NCBI GenBank assembly: GCA_963732675.1
Contig: CAVTAJ010000013.1
Span: forward strand, 34,137-98,136
Length of the DNA: 64,000 nucleotides
Source: Nitrospirota bacterium
GTDB taxonomy: Bacteria > Nitrospirota > UBA9217
Reading direction: 5' to 3'
Under the pieces are notes generated by a model. It was not told the DNA's origin, made no database searches, and saw only the letters and a program-made list of their open reading frames with translations. The stretch's first letter is position 1. Each line of letters opens with the position of its first letter. Below, one piece after another: positions 47,861 through 57,705 of this stretch. The position numbers and the translations under genes were made by a program.

Positions 47861-49840
47861 CTATCCCCGGCTCCTGTCCAGAAGGTCCTGCACGGCTTTC
47901 CGGTCCGGAGAATCTTGCGGCAGGAGTTCCAACGCCTTCCGGAAATACTTTCCCGCCTCCTGACGGCTGCCAGTTCCAAGCAGGACCTGTCCCATGCCTT
48001 TATAGGCCGGCGCGTATCCGGGGGACATTTTCGACATTATTGAAAAATGCTTGAATGCCTCGTTATAGTTCTTCTTTTCAAGGTATGTCGTCGCGATAAT
48101 ATTTCTGATATATATGTTCATCGGATCGGCCAGCAGGGCCTTGTTCATGGTTTCCCTGCCTTTTTCCGGCTCGCCCAACTCAAAATAACTTTGTGCGACC
48201 ATCAGGTAATCTTCCGACTTTTGCGGGATACCCTTTGCTGCCGCTGAGTAATATTCCGCTGCATTCTTTTTATTGCCGAGCTGTTTGTAACATTCGGCTA
48301 TTGATCCTAAAACTGCGGGCGAATAGTTTTTTCCCTCTGAGGCCTTTGTGAACGTTTCAATGGCCTTTCGGTATTCCTTTTTTTGTTTATAAATGGAACC
48401 GAGATTGTAATAGTATATTTCCGCCGAGATCGACCCGTTCAGGGTAAGCATTATCTCCTCAGCCTTTTTCAGGTCATCCTTCATAAAATAGGCAATCGCC
48501 AGGTTCAGGTACGTTGCGACCGCGCGGTTGCCTTGTTTCAGCGAAAGCTCCATGATGCCGATGGCCTTGTCAATATTTCCACGTTCCAGATAGGCCGCGC
48601 TTAAATTGACATAGGCCTTGCTTTTTTCGGGCGCTTTTTTAAGGGCATCGGCCCAGAGCGTGATGGGGTCTCTATACACGTCATTCCGCATAACGGTCAA
48701 GACGCCGAAGAAAAGGACAATGCCGACGATTGCGGCAATGCCGGTTCTTGTATACCGCTGCGAGGCGTCAACGAACAGCTTGCTGAGGGCAAGGCAGAAG
48801 CCGAGCCCCGCAGCGTAGACCCATCGCTCCGCCATGTAATCGCTCATCCGCATTGCCAGGAACGGCGTCAGGTTGATGAAGAACCAGAAGATTGAAAAAG
48901 ACAGCACCCGGCTCTTATTCCTGAAGAGATATGCCGCCAGAAGAAGCCCCGCGACGACCGCCACGGAAAGCCCAACGCGGAGATCCAATGAGATGGACTC
49001 TGTTACCGAATGATCGATCGTCAGCCCGACAGGAATGAATCATCAGCCGGAGATAGTCGACAAATACCGTGATCTCGGTCAGCAGGTGCGTCGGCCAGGG
49101 CCGGTCATACATTTCCGGGTGGGTGATACTTCCGGCATAATACAGAAAACCCGCTGCCATCATTGCCCAAAAAGGCAGGTGAAATTTAATTCTCGAGAGA
49201 AAGTTTTGGTCTTTCCTCGGCAATAAAATAATAATCGAACAGGATGAGGAGCGCCGGCAAGACAATGGCGGACTCCTTCGATGCCAGTCCGAGAACAAAA
49301 AGAACGACGCTGAATCCATAGGGGAGAAAAGAAAATTCTTTTCCCGTGGCTCGAAAAAACAGAAGCATCGTTCCCAGCATTAAGAGCGTGGACAACTCCG
49401 AAGACCGACTCGATATATAGGTTACGCTTTCAGTATTGATCGGATGCACTACAAAGAACAGCGCCGCAAGTAGCGCTATGGTGTGATATCGGTCATCGTC
49501 TTTATTGTCGACATACCGGGCGATCAGCAGATAGAACGTAAAAGCAACAGCAATGTGGATGCTCAGATTGACAAGATGGTATCCGAACGTATCAAGACCA
49601 CCCACCATATAATTGAGGTAAAAGGTAAAAAGAAGAAAAGCCCTGCTGGTTATCACCGCCGCGAAGTGCCCGGTTATCCAGTCGAGATAAAGCGGGAAGA
49701 GACTTGATGATGAGTTGTTCTTTCAGAAAATGAAAATCATCGTAATGAAAAGGTACGCTGAAGGAATTGAGATAGGCGAGCAAGCCTGTCAACGTGAGGA
49801 AGAGCAAAACCGTTCTTTTGCGGATCACGGTGGAATGCAT
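47861..49840 (-). CDS. TMTC/PMT-like multi-TM protein with C-terminal TPR repeats (at least 3 frame breaks)
   Basis: ORF pieces 49592..49840, 49186..49656, 48915..49319 and 47861..48988 concatenate. The motifs AYLNSFSVPFHYDDFHFLKE, FGYHLVNLSIHI and FVVHPINTESVTYISSRSE resemble bacterial TMTC-like O-glycosyltransferase-type proteins. About 8 TPR units form the C-terminal half. Confidence 0.6.
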
Positions 49841-49910
49841 TCAATCCTTTTTTTAAATTGGCTAACGGGTCCTATCACCATTGCCAATCATGGTACGCAT
49901 GGTCAAATTG

Positions 49911-50258
49911 TTACAATGCAACTCCCGTCAGATTGCATACACGAGTTGACCCCTGATAGGAAATCGTAACATTCGCCGGCGTCGTCCCGGTCGCCGTTGC
50001 AGAGCCTCCTAAATCAGTATTAGAAATAACATTGGCAAACGGCTTCAGCGTTCCCCGTGGATACCCGGTATACGAAGACGCTATCAAGACTGCCCCGCTT
50101 GACTTCAATCCACCGCACATGCCATCAAAGCTTGCACTCAGAGCGTCTGTCCGCATATCAATATACTTCGGGATCGCCACTGCCGCCAGGATACCCAGAA
50201 TCACGATGACCATGACCAACTCAATTAATGTAAAGCCTTTCTGTGTTCTTGCCATCAA
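49911..50258 (-). CDS. Type IV pilin (copy 1)
   Basis: MMARTQKG|FTLIELVMVIVILGILAAVAIPKYIDMRT... Its first ~70 codons are nearly identical in DNA to copy 2. Confidence 0.85.
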   Translation of the reverse strand: MMARTQKGFTLIELVMVIVILGILAAVAIPKYIDMRTDALSASFDGMCGGLKSSGAVLIASSYTGYPRGTLKPFANVISNTDLGGSATATGTTPANVTISYQGSTRVCNLTGVAL

Positions 50259-50303
50259 GTATCCCTCCTGCGAAGATAGTTAGGAATGCATTTAACCCCT
50301 GTC

Positions 50304-50339
50304 AAAAAATTGGCTATGGGGATTGCTCCCCATAGCCAA
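50304..50339 (-). terminator. Rho-independent terminator after pilin copy 2
   Basis: 13-bp perfect stem TTGGCTATGGGGA (50310-50322) / TCCCCATAGCCAA (50327-50339), followed on the minus strand by T6. Confidence 0.75.
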
Positions 50340-50362
50340 TCATGGTTTCCATTACGTAACTG

Positions 50363-50701
50363 TTACTGCACGACTGCCGTCAAATCGCATGCACGAGTAG
50401 ACCCCTGATAGGAAATTGTTGCTACCTTTCCTGCTACAGTCGTCGTTGCGCCGCCTAAATCAGTATTCGCAAGAACGTCAGCGATCGGCTTTAGCGATCC
50501 CCGAGGATACCCGGTATATGAAGACGCGATCAAAACCCCGCCGCTTGACTTCAACCCTCCGCACATGCCATCAAAGCTTGCACTCAGCGCGTCTGTCCGC
50601 ATATCAATATACTTCGGGATCGCCACTGCCGCCAGGATACCCAGAATCACGATGACCATGACCAACTCAATTAATGTAAAGCCTTTCTGTGTTCTTACCA
50701 T
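50363..50701 (-). CDS. Type IV pilin (copy 2)
   Basis: MVRTQKG|FTLIELVMVIVILGILAAVAIPKYIDMRT... RBS AAGGAGGGA. The C-terminal ~35 aa diverge from copy 1. Confidence 0.85.
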   Translation of the reverse strand: MVRTQKGFTLIELVMVIVILGILAAVAIPKYIDMRTDALSASFDGMCGGLKSSGGVLIASSYTGYPRGSLKPIADVLANTDLGGATTTVAGKVATISYQGSTRACDLTAVVQ

Positions 50702-50840
50702 TTTTGTTCCCTCCTTAGAATTAGTATTATTAAACTCCCATTGTACTCAGCAAATCGATCACTTGCATTAAACACTGTCAATATAATTAAAGCCCCCGGC
50801 GCGCGCCTTCCGCGCCATTTGCCCTTCATTGCAACTGCGA

Positions 50841-51277
50841 TCAGCAGCCGGTTAATGAGGTACTAACGGAACCTGTAGCGCCGCTATACAGGGCACCGCA
50901 TGTCGCACTTCCGCCATTGGTAGGCTGAAACGTAACTGCATTTGGATCCGTCATGTCGATGTTAAATCCCGCGGTATCGGTAAGAGCTGAGATGATGCCG
51001 GCTTGGTACCACTGGGAATCCCATTGGGAGCGTTCACAAGGACACCGTCCATATCAATGCTTGTGCCGCTCGCATATCCTGACACCATGTACTTTGCCTT
51101 TGAAACAATTATCGCGGCTCTCAGGCCGCCGGCCATCCCGTTTACCGCCGCTTTCCGGGCATCAGTTACGATATTGATATACCGAGGTATGGCCACTGCT
51201 GCTAGAATTCCCAAGATCACGATAACGATTACCAGTTCGATGAGGGTGAAACCTTTTTGTTCTCTTGCCATTTTCAT
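50841..51277 (-). CDS. Type IV pilin (copy 3), one frame break
   Basis: RBS AGGAGGAAGGAG. MKMAREQKG|FTLIELVIVIVILGILAAVAIPRYI... After ..NAPNGIPSG (~51010) a second frame gives a credible pilin C-terminus, YQAGIISALTDTAGFNIDMTDPNAVTFQPTNGGSATCGALYSGATGSVSTSLTGC (Cys..Cys loop, stop 50841-50843). Confidence 0.7.
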
Positions 51278-51359
51278 CTCCTTCCTCCTAATTTTACACA
51301 TAATATCTGTTCCCTAAAGACATTCGATGCAACGCCCAAGCATGGAACCCGTGTGTATG

Positions 51360-51824
51360 CTACCAGTTTTCATACCCTCTTGTCGTCGCCTTGACCTCTC
51401 CGAGAACAGGATCGTACGCGTAGTAACTGCCGAATGGATCCACAAGACGCCCCTGTGCATCCAGCGCCTGTGCTACAAGATATTTCTCGTCTAAAAATAT
51501 CGAACCCGAAGAAGGATCAGGCCCCATTCTCGAAGGAAGCATAACACTTTTTTCAATAAGTTCATTGAGGCTCTTGGGGTTTCGTGCATTCAACGCACGA
51601 AAAAGCCGGATGCTCGAACGAATATTCGCCAACCCCATTTTAAGGGCCGCTTCCTGGGCCTCGCGGGCCACTCGCTGATATTTCGGAATCACAACGCCGA
51701 TCAGAATGCCGATAAGGCAGAGAGTAATGACAGCATCAATGATCGTGAGCCCTTTTGCATTCTTGTACCAGGTCCCCACGCTGCCTCCGAAACGGCTTGC
51801 GGTTAAAATATACGCTTTTTGCAA
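51360..51824 (-). CDS. GspG-like pseudopilin / atypical type IV pilin-like protein
   Basis: KG|LTIIDAVITLCLIGILIGVVIPKY has Leu at +1 and Asp at +5 instead of Phe and Glu. The C-terminal LVDPFGSYYAYDP resembles the GspG DPWG.PY.Y motif. Confidence 0.6.
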   Translation of the reverse strand: MQKAYILTASRFGGSVGTWYKNAKGLTIIDAVITLCLIGILIGVVIPKYQRVAREAQEAALKMGLANIRSSIRLFRALNARNPKSLNELIEKSVMLPSRMGPDPSSGSIFLDEKYLVAQALDAQGRLVDPFGSYYAYDPVLGEVKATTRGYENW

Positions 51825-51905
51825 TGCAGAGTCAACGTATACTTTTGTTCAAAACCATTAAAGATAGCCCAACAGTAACAGGCAAAGAGATGTTCAGCTG
51901 TTTGA

Positions 51906-53123
51906 TCACCTCTTGAACAGACTCATCATATTCCACATGGGGAGGAAGATCCCCAGGGCCAGGAACAGGACCATGCCGCCGACAAAGAGAAGCAGGATCG
52001 GCTCGATCATGGTCGAAAGGTTGCGGAGGGTATACTCCACGTCCATGTCGTAGTAATCGGAGACCTTGTTCAGCATGGTATCGAGTTGCCCCGTTTCCTC
52101 GCCCACCGCCATCATCTGAATGACCAGCGGCGGAAAAAGCCCCGAGGACTCCATCGGCGCGGTCAGCCCCTTGCCGTCCCGGAGACTTCCGCTCATGGAC
52201 TCCACTGCCCGGGCGATCACTACATTGCCGACCGTCTCGCCGGCTATCTCGAGCGTCAGCATCATGGAGATGCCGCTCTTCTGCATGGCGCTGAATACGC
52301 GCGCGAACCGCGAGAGCGCTACTTTTTGAAAAAGGGTGCCGAACACCGGCAGCTTGAGCTTCAGCCGGTCCCATTGCCATCTGCCCGCTGGCGTTCCCAG
52401 ATACCATATCACTCCCCACGCAGCCAGGACGATGCTGATGATAATAAGATACCAGTAGTGCTGGACCACGTAGTTGATGTTGATCAAAATGCGGGTAGGC
52501 AGCGGCAGCTCTGTTTTAAACTGGGCAAAGATCGCCGCGAACTTCGGGATCACGAACGTGACAAGAAATGCAAATGCCGCAGAGATGGCGATCACAACGA
52601 TCAGCGGATATCGGACAGCTGCTTTCACCCGCGCGCGGGTTTCGGCCTCATGCTCGGAAAGAAGCGCCAGCCGGCTCAGGATCTCGTCGAGGATACCGGC
52701 CGTCTCACCGGCCCGGATCATGCTCACGTACAGTTTGTTGAATAACTTGGGCTGCCTGGCAAGGGCATCGGAGAACGAGCTGCCGGCCTCAATGTCACGC
52801 CTGAGCTGAGAAATCGCGGATTTCAACCGGGGATTTTCCGACTGCCGTTCGAGTGTTACGAGGCCCTGGATAAAGGGGATGCCCGCGCTCATGAGCGTGG
52901 AAAGCTGCCTGCTGAAGATGATGAGGTCCTGCGTCGTGACCTTGGAAAACAGTGCACCGAGGTCGGTCCCCGACAGCCGCGCCGGCTCGTGCTCCTCGAT
53001 CAGCACCGGGATGTGTCCCATGCCGGAGAGCTGGTCCGCTACGCCCTCTTTGCGCGCAGCCTCCATCGTACCGGTGTGCAGCGCGCCGTCTTTATCCCTG
53101 GCCCTATAGCGGTAAAGCGGCAT
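51906..53123 (-). CDS. pilC: Type IV pilus platform protein PilC (GspF family)
   Basis: 405 aa with a duplicated GspF-type domain (..LSTLMSAGIPFIQGL.. and ..FSAMQKSGISMMLTLEI..), three TM regions and a C-terminal LGIFLPMWNM. Confidence 0.9.
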   Translation of the reverse strand: MPLYRYRARDKDGALHTGTMEAARKEGVADQLSGMGHIPVLIEEHEPARLSGTDLGALFSKVTTQDLIIFSRQLSTLMSAGIPFIQGLVTLERQSENPRLKSAISQLRRDIEAGSSFSDALARQPKLFNKLYVSMIRAGETAGILDEILSRLALLSEHEAETRARVKAAVRYPLIVVIAISAAFAFLVTFVIPKFAAIFAQFKTELPLPTRILININYVVQHYWYLIIISIVLAAWGVIWYLGTPAGRWQWDRLKLKLPVFGTLFQKVALSRFARVFSAMQKSGISMMLTLEIAGETVGNVVIARAVESMSGSLRDGKGLTAPMESSGLFPPLVIQMMAVGEETGQLDTMLNKVSDYYDMDVEYTLRNLSTMIEPILLLFVGGMVLFLALGIFLPMWNMMSLFKR

Positions 53124-53314
53124 GAATACCCCCGGACAAAAAACAAGTGAGAGCCGGAAATCTAGCGTTCAGGCCATCAGAACGCGGACGAGATAAGGGA
53201 TCAAGAGTTCAGGCTATCAGATTGCAGACTGAAAAAACCGTAGACTGTCCTCTGTCAATTGTTCGTTACATTATCACAAAAAAACGCATTCTGCAATACT
53301 ACAAAATAAAATCA

Positions 53315-53343
53315 TTGACAAGCCCGGCCTACTGGGGTATATT
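53315..53343 (+). promoter_or_regulatory. Sigma70-type promoter for rho with a long leader
   Basis: TTGACA (53315-53320), a 17-nt spacer, then TATATT (53338-53343). This gives a leader of about 430 nt before the rho ATG. Confidence 0.5.
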
Positions 53344-53771
53344 TTCTCCAGTCATCGAATAACCCTGACCAAACACCCCGTGTTATTGCAAAACCCAGCA
53401 TACTAATAACCAGGTAAAAAACACTGCACACCGTTTACACAGAGAGGTCTTTTATCACGTAAGCAACCCGCTGACAGACTACGTTGTTGCTGATCATTCA
53501 CAACAATCAGCCTGACGGAACCAGCCTCCTTATAAAAACCAACATCACGCTCGCTATATACAACACTTATACCTGCAACAGCAGGAGCAGCATAGCCCCG
53601 CCAGAGATCAAAGACGGTGCTTATCAACAATCACGGAACATTTAACAGATGTCTCCGGATCGCTCGCGAGGGCGCGCCGGACGATCTCTGCACGGAGTAG
53701 ACCATCAACCCACCTCTCACCAGGTACATACCGCACGCGCCCCAGCAAACCACGGGCCAAGGAGTAAAACC

Positions 53772-55022
53772 ATGAATTTAGTAGAACTCAAAGGAAAGAA
53801 CATCGCCGAATTGACCGACATGGCGAACGACCTCAAGGTCGAAGGCGTCAGCGGCCTCAGAAAACAGGAGCTGATCTTCGCCATCCTGCAGGCGCAGACG
53901 GAAAAGAACGGCATGATATTCGGGGAAGGCGTTCTCGAGATCCTGCCCGACGGCTTCGGCTTCCTTCGAGCCCCCGATTACAACTATCTCCCCGGCCCCG
54001 ACGATATCTACGTTTCCCCCTCCCAGATAAGAAGGTTCAGCATCCGCACCGGCGACACCGTCTCCGGCCAGATCCGGCCTCCGAAAGAGGGCGAGCGTTA
54101 CTTCGCGCTCCTCAAGGTGGACGCCATCAACTATGAAGACCCCGAAATATCCCGGAGCAAGATCCTGTTCGACAACCTCACGCCTTACTACCCCGAAAAA
54201 AAGATAAAGCTCGAGACCGGCCCAACGGACTATACCACGCGCGCCATAGACCTCGTCACGCCCATCGGCATGGGCCAGCGCGGAATGATCGTGGCCCCTC
54301 CCCGGACCGGCAAGACCATGCTGCTCCAGGCCGTGGCCAAGGCGATCATCAAGAACCATCCGGACATCAAGCTCATCGTTCTGCTCATTGACGAACGGCC
54401 CGAGGAAGTCACGGACTGGCAGCGTCAGGTCAAGGCCGAGATCATCAGCTCCACCTTCGATGAGCCGCCCCAGAGGCACGTGCAGGTCGCGGACATGGTC
54501 ATCGAGCGGGCAAAGCGGCTCGTTGAGCACAAAAAGGACGTCGTGATCCTGCTCGACAGCGTCACCCGCCTCGCGCGGGCGCACAACGCGATCATCCCGG
54601 CATCGGGCAAGGTGCTTTCCGGCGGTCTGGACGCCAACGCGCTCCAGCGTCCGAAGCGGTTCTTCGGCGCGGCCCGGAGCATCGAAGGGGGCGGCGGCAG
54701 CCTCACCATCCTGGCAACGGCGCTCGTGGACACGGGAAGCCGCATGGACGACGTGATCTTCGAGGAGTTCAAGGGCACCGGCAACATGGAGCTCCATCTC
54801 GACCGGAAGCTGGTCGAAAAACGCGTATTCCCGGCCATTGACATCAACGCGTCCGGCACCCGCAAGGAAGAACTGCTCGTGGACAAGGACGACCTGAACC
54901 GCATGTGGGTGCTCAGAAAGGTCCTGAACCCGCTCTCCACCGTGGAAAGCATGGAGTTCCTGCTCGAAAAGCTCAAACAATCAAAAACGAACAGGGACTT
55001 CCTGGACTCGATGAACAAGTAG
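53772..55022 (+). CDS. rho: Transcription termination factor Rho
   Basis: RBS AAGGAG, then ATG 53772. [21 protein letters not shown].., the RNA-binding [14 protein letters not shown], Walker A PPRTGKT, and [10 protein letters not shown]. Confidence 0.95.
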   Translation: MNLVELKGKNIAELTDMANDLKVEGVSGLRKQELIFAILQAQTEKNGMIFGEGVLEILPDGFGFLRAPDYNYLPGPDDIYVSPSQIRRFSIRTGDTVSGQIRPPKEGERYFALLKVDAINYEDPEISRSKILFDNLTPYYPEKKIKLETGPTDYTTRAIDLVTPIGMGQRGMIVAPPRTGKTMLLQAVAKAIIKNHPDIKLIVLLIDERPEEVTDWQRQVKAEIISSTFDEPPQRHVQVADMVIERAKRLVEHKKDVVILLDSVTRLARAHNAIIPASGKVLSGGLDANALQRPKRFFGAARSIEGGGGSLTILATALVDTGSRMDDVIFEEFKGTGNMELHLDRKLVEKRVFPAIDINASGTRKEELLVDKDDLNRMWVLRKVLNPLSTVESMEFLLEKLKQSKTNRDFLDSMNK

Positions 55023-55207
55023 CCGGTCAAATATTTCGCTTGTAATTTTAGATGTTTTGTTATATTATTCCGGCCTTACGGTAACCAGTGATGGACCCCG
55101 TCAGAAAGGGGATTCTAACAAGGGTGACCATGGTAAGGCTTGAAATGCAGCGATGTATACATCCAGTGCGTATTATGGCTTCAACAATAATCAGGAGGAG
55201 TAGAACC

Positions 55208-55408
55208 ATGAAACAGGGAATTCACCCGGACTACAAGCTGTCGGAGGTCCACTGCGCCTGCGGCGAAGCATACCAGACACGGTCCACCAAAGAGAGCATC
55301 AGGCTCGACATCTGCTCGGTCTGCCACCCCTTCTTCACCGGCAAACAGAAGCTCATCGATACCGAAGGCCGCATCGATAAGTTCCGCAAAAAATACACGA
55401 AGGCGTAA
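55208..55408 (+). CDS. rpmE: 50S ribosomal protein L31
   Basis: MKQGIHPDY.., the Zn-ribbon Cys pairs CACG..CSVCHPFFTG, and 66 aa from ATG 55208. Confidence 0.9.
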   Translation: MKQGIHPDYKLSEVHCACGEAYQTRSTKESIRLDICSVCHPFFTGKQKLIDTEGRIDKFRKKYTKA

Positions 55409-55525
55409 TTCAGATGAAGAGCGGACAGAGGTCAGCCTATGCGGGCTGAACCGGTCGCTACTCGTGCCGCCCCTATTTTCTGAACGACTGTCCACTGCTT
55501 ACTGCTCATACACGAGGTCCCTGAC

Positions 55526-56434
55526 TTGTCAGATAGAGTGAACATAGGCGGCCAGGCGGTGCTCGAGGGCGTGATGATGCGCTCACCGCGCGCCTTTACC
55601 GTGGCCGTACGCAAAGGCGGAAAACCCGACGCCGAGATCGTGGTCTTCACGCAGGAGCTCAAGCCCCTCGGCGAACGGTTCCCGATCTTGAAAAAGAAGA
55701 TCATCCGGGGTTCGGCAGCGCTGTTTGAAGCCCTGTGGCTCGGCATCCGGGCGCTCAATTTCTCAGCGAATGAATCGCTCGAAGAAGGTAAGGACGGAAA
55801 GAAAGAGGAGATCGGATCCCTCGCCATGGCCGGTACCATGGTCGTGGCACTTGCCTTTTCCCTCGGCATCTTCCTGGCGCTCCCCCTCCTGCTGACCAAC
55901 CTGCTCGGCTCATACTACGATACGGTCAATAAGAACAGCCTCTTGTTCAACCTCACGGACGGCGTGCTCCGGGTAGGGCTGTTTCTGGGATATGTCTCCG
56001 GCATCTCGTTCATGAAGGACATCCGGCGGGTCTTCGAGTACCACGGCGCGGAGCACAAGGCCATCGCCGCCTACGAGTCCGGGGGAGAGCTCACGGTCCA
56101 GAACGCGCGGCAGTACTCCTGCATCCACCCTCGCTGCGGCACAAGCTTCCTGATCGCGGTCATGGTGCTTTCCATTCTGCTGTTCTCGCTCATTCCGGGC
56201 AGCTGGCCCCTCTGGGCAAAAGGTCTTTCGCGGATCGTCCTGCTGCCGTTGATCGCGGGGCTGGGATATGAATTCATCAAGTACAGCGCGAAGCAGTGCG
56301 GGAACCCTCTGATCAAAACCCTGATGCTGCCGGGACTCTGGCTGCAGCGGCTCACGACGAGTGAACCGTCGGACGACCAGATAGAGGTCGCCATCAGGGC
56401 GCTGAACGAGGCCCTCGCGATGGAACCCCGCTGA
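55526..56434 (+). CDS. DUF1385-family membrane protein
   Basis: IGGQAVLEGVMMRSP.., YHGAEHKAI and HPRCGTSF motifs. The conserved position between rpmE and prfA also fits. TTG start. Confidence 0.8.
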   Translation: MSDRVNIGGQAVLEGVMMRSPRAFTVAVRKGGKPDAEIVVFTQELKPLGERFPILKKKIIRGSAALFEALWLGIRALNFSANESLEEGKDGKKEEIGSLAMAGTMVVALAFSLGIFLALPLLLTNLLGSYYDTVNKNSLLFNLTDGVLRVGLFLGYVSGISFMKDIRRVFEYHGAEHKAIAAYESGGELTVQNARQYSCIHPRCGTSFLIAVMVLSILLFSLIPGSWPLWAKGLSRIVLLPLIAGLGYEFIKYSAKQCGNPLIKTLMLPGLWLQRLTTSEPSDDQIEVAIRALNEALAMEPR

Positions 56435-56597
56435 AGCGGGGTTTTTTTGTTTGAGAGTCGAAACCCTGAACCACGAACTCACACGAATTGACCGAATTTC
56501 ACAAGAGTAAGCATGTTTTGCTTGTCTTCGTGGTATTCGTAACTACCTTGCGTGCAATTCGTGTTCTCCGTGACCTCTGTGGTTAGGCTATTCTTTT

Positions 56598-57665
56598 ATG
56601 TTCAAAAAATTAGAAGCAGTCGCGGAAAAATATGACGAGCTGACAAGGCTCTTGTCCGATCCTGTCGTCGCAGCCGACCACCTGCAGTACCAGAAGTACT
56701 CCAAGGAGCGGTCGGACATCGAAGACGTGGTGAACCATTACCGCGCGTACCGGGACCTGCAGAAGCAGCTCCAGGAGGCCGCGGAGATCACCAACGACAA
56801 ACAGGCGGACCCCGAGCTGCGCTCAATGGCCGAGGCCGAGACCAAGGAGCTTGCACCGAAACGCGCGCAGATGGAGCAGGAGCTCCAGCTCATGCTCGTG
56901 CCCAAGGACCCTCGGGACGAACGGAACGTATTCCTCGAGATCCGCGCCGGCGCGGGCGGTGACGAGGCAGGACTCTTCGCGGCCGAGCTCTTCCGCATGT
57001 ATTCACGCTACTCCGAGAAAAAACGCTGGCAGGTCACCCTCCTGGACATGAGCACCACGGGAGTGGGCGGCGCAAAGGAAATCATCGCCCAGATCCAGGG
57101 CAAGGGCGTGTTCAGCAGGCTTAAATACGAGAGCGGTGTGCACCGGGTCCAGCGCGTGCCTGCCACGGAGGCGAGCGGCAGGATCCACACCTCCACGGTC
57201 ACCGTGGCCGTGCTGCCCGAAGTCGATGACGTTGAAGTGAATATCGAACAGAAGGACCTGCGCATCGATACCTACTGTTCATCGGGTCCCGGCGGCCAGA
57301 GTGTGAACACCACCTACTCCGCCGTCAGGATCACCCACATCCCCACCGGCGAGGTGGTCGCGTGCCAGGACGAGCGCTCGCAGCTCAAGAACCGCATAAA
57401 GGCCATGAAGATCCTGAAGTCCCGCCTGCTGGAGAAGGAGAAGGCGAAGCAGGATGCCGAAACAGCCCAGGACCGCAGGTCACAGGTCGGCTCCGGAGAA
57501 CGCAGTGAAAAGATCCGGACCTACAACTTTCCGCAAACCCGCGTGACGGACCACCGCATCGGGTTGTCGCTGTACCGGCTTGATGCGGTAATGGACGGCG
57601 ACCTCGACGAGTTCATCGACGGACTGACCTCTGCGGCGAACGCGGAACGGCTGAAAAATCTGTGA
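56598..57665 (+). CDS. prfA: Peptide chain release factor 1
   Basis: GGQ motif in SSGPGGQSVNTT and the RF1-type PATEASGRIHTS (PxT) region. 355 aa. Confidence 0.95.
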   Translation: MFKKLEAVAEKYDELTRLLSDPVVAADHLQYQKYSKERSDIEDVVNHYRAYRDLQKQLQEAAEITNDKQADPELRSMAEAETKELAPKRAQMEQELQLMLVPKDPRDERNVFLEIRAGAGGDEAGLFAAELFRMYSRYSEKKRWQVTLLDMSTTGVGGAKEIIAQIQGKGVFSRLKYESGVHRVQRVPATEASGRIHTSTVTVAVLPEVDDVEVNIEQKDLRIDTYCSSGPGGQSVNTTYSAVRITHIPTGEVVACQDERSQLKNRIKAMKILKSRLLEKEKAKQDAETAQDRRSQVGSGERSEKIRTYNFPQTRVTDHRIGLSLYRLDAVMDGDLDEFIDGLTSAANAERLKNL

Positions 57666-57705
57666 AGTGCAGTGGGGAATTCGGAGTGCGGAATGCGGAG
57701 TGAAA

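Noticed and set aside
53778-54980. 400-aa minus-strand ORF opposite rho. Similar long antisense ORFs lie opposite murA (58722..59975), hisD (60100..60867), hisG (61454..62224), pilM (42318..43121) and the sigma54 activator (32183..32884).
   Set aside because: All lie entirely within strongly supported genes on the other strand and show the Arg/Gly/Asp-rich composition typical of GC-rich antisense frames.
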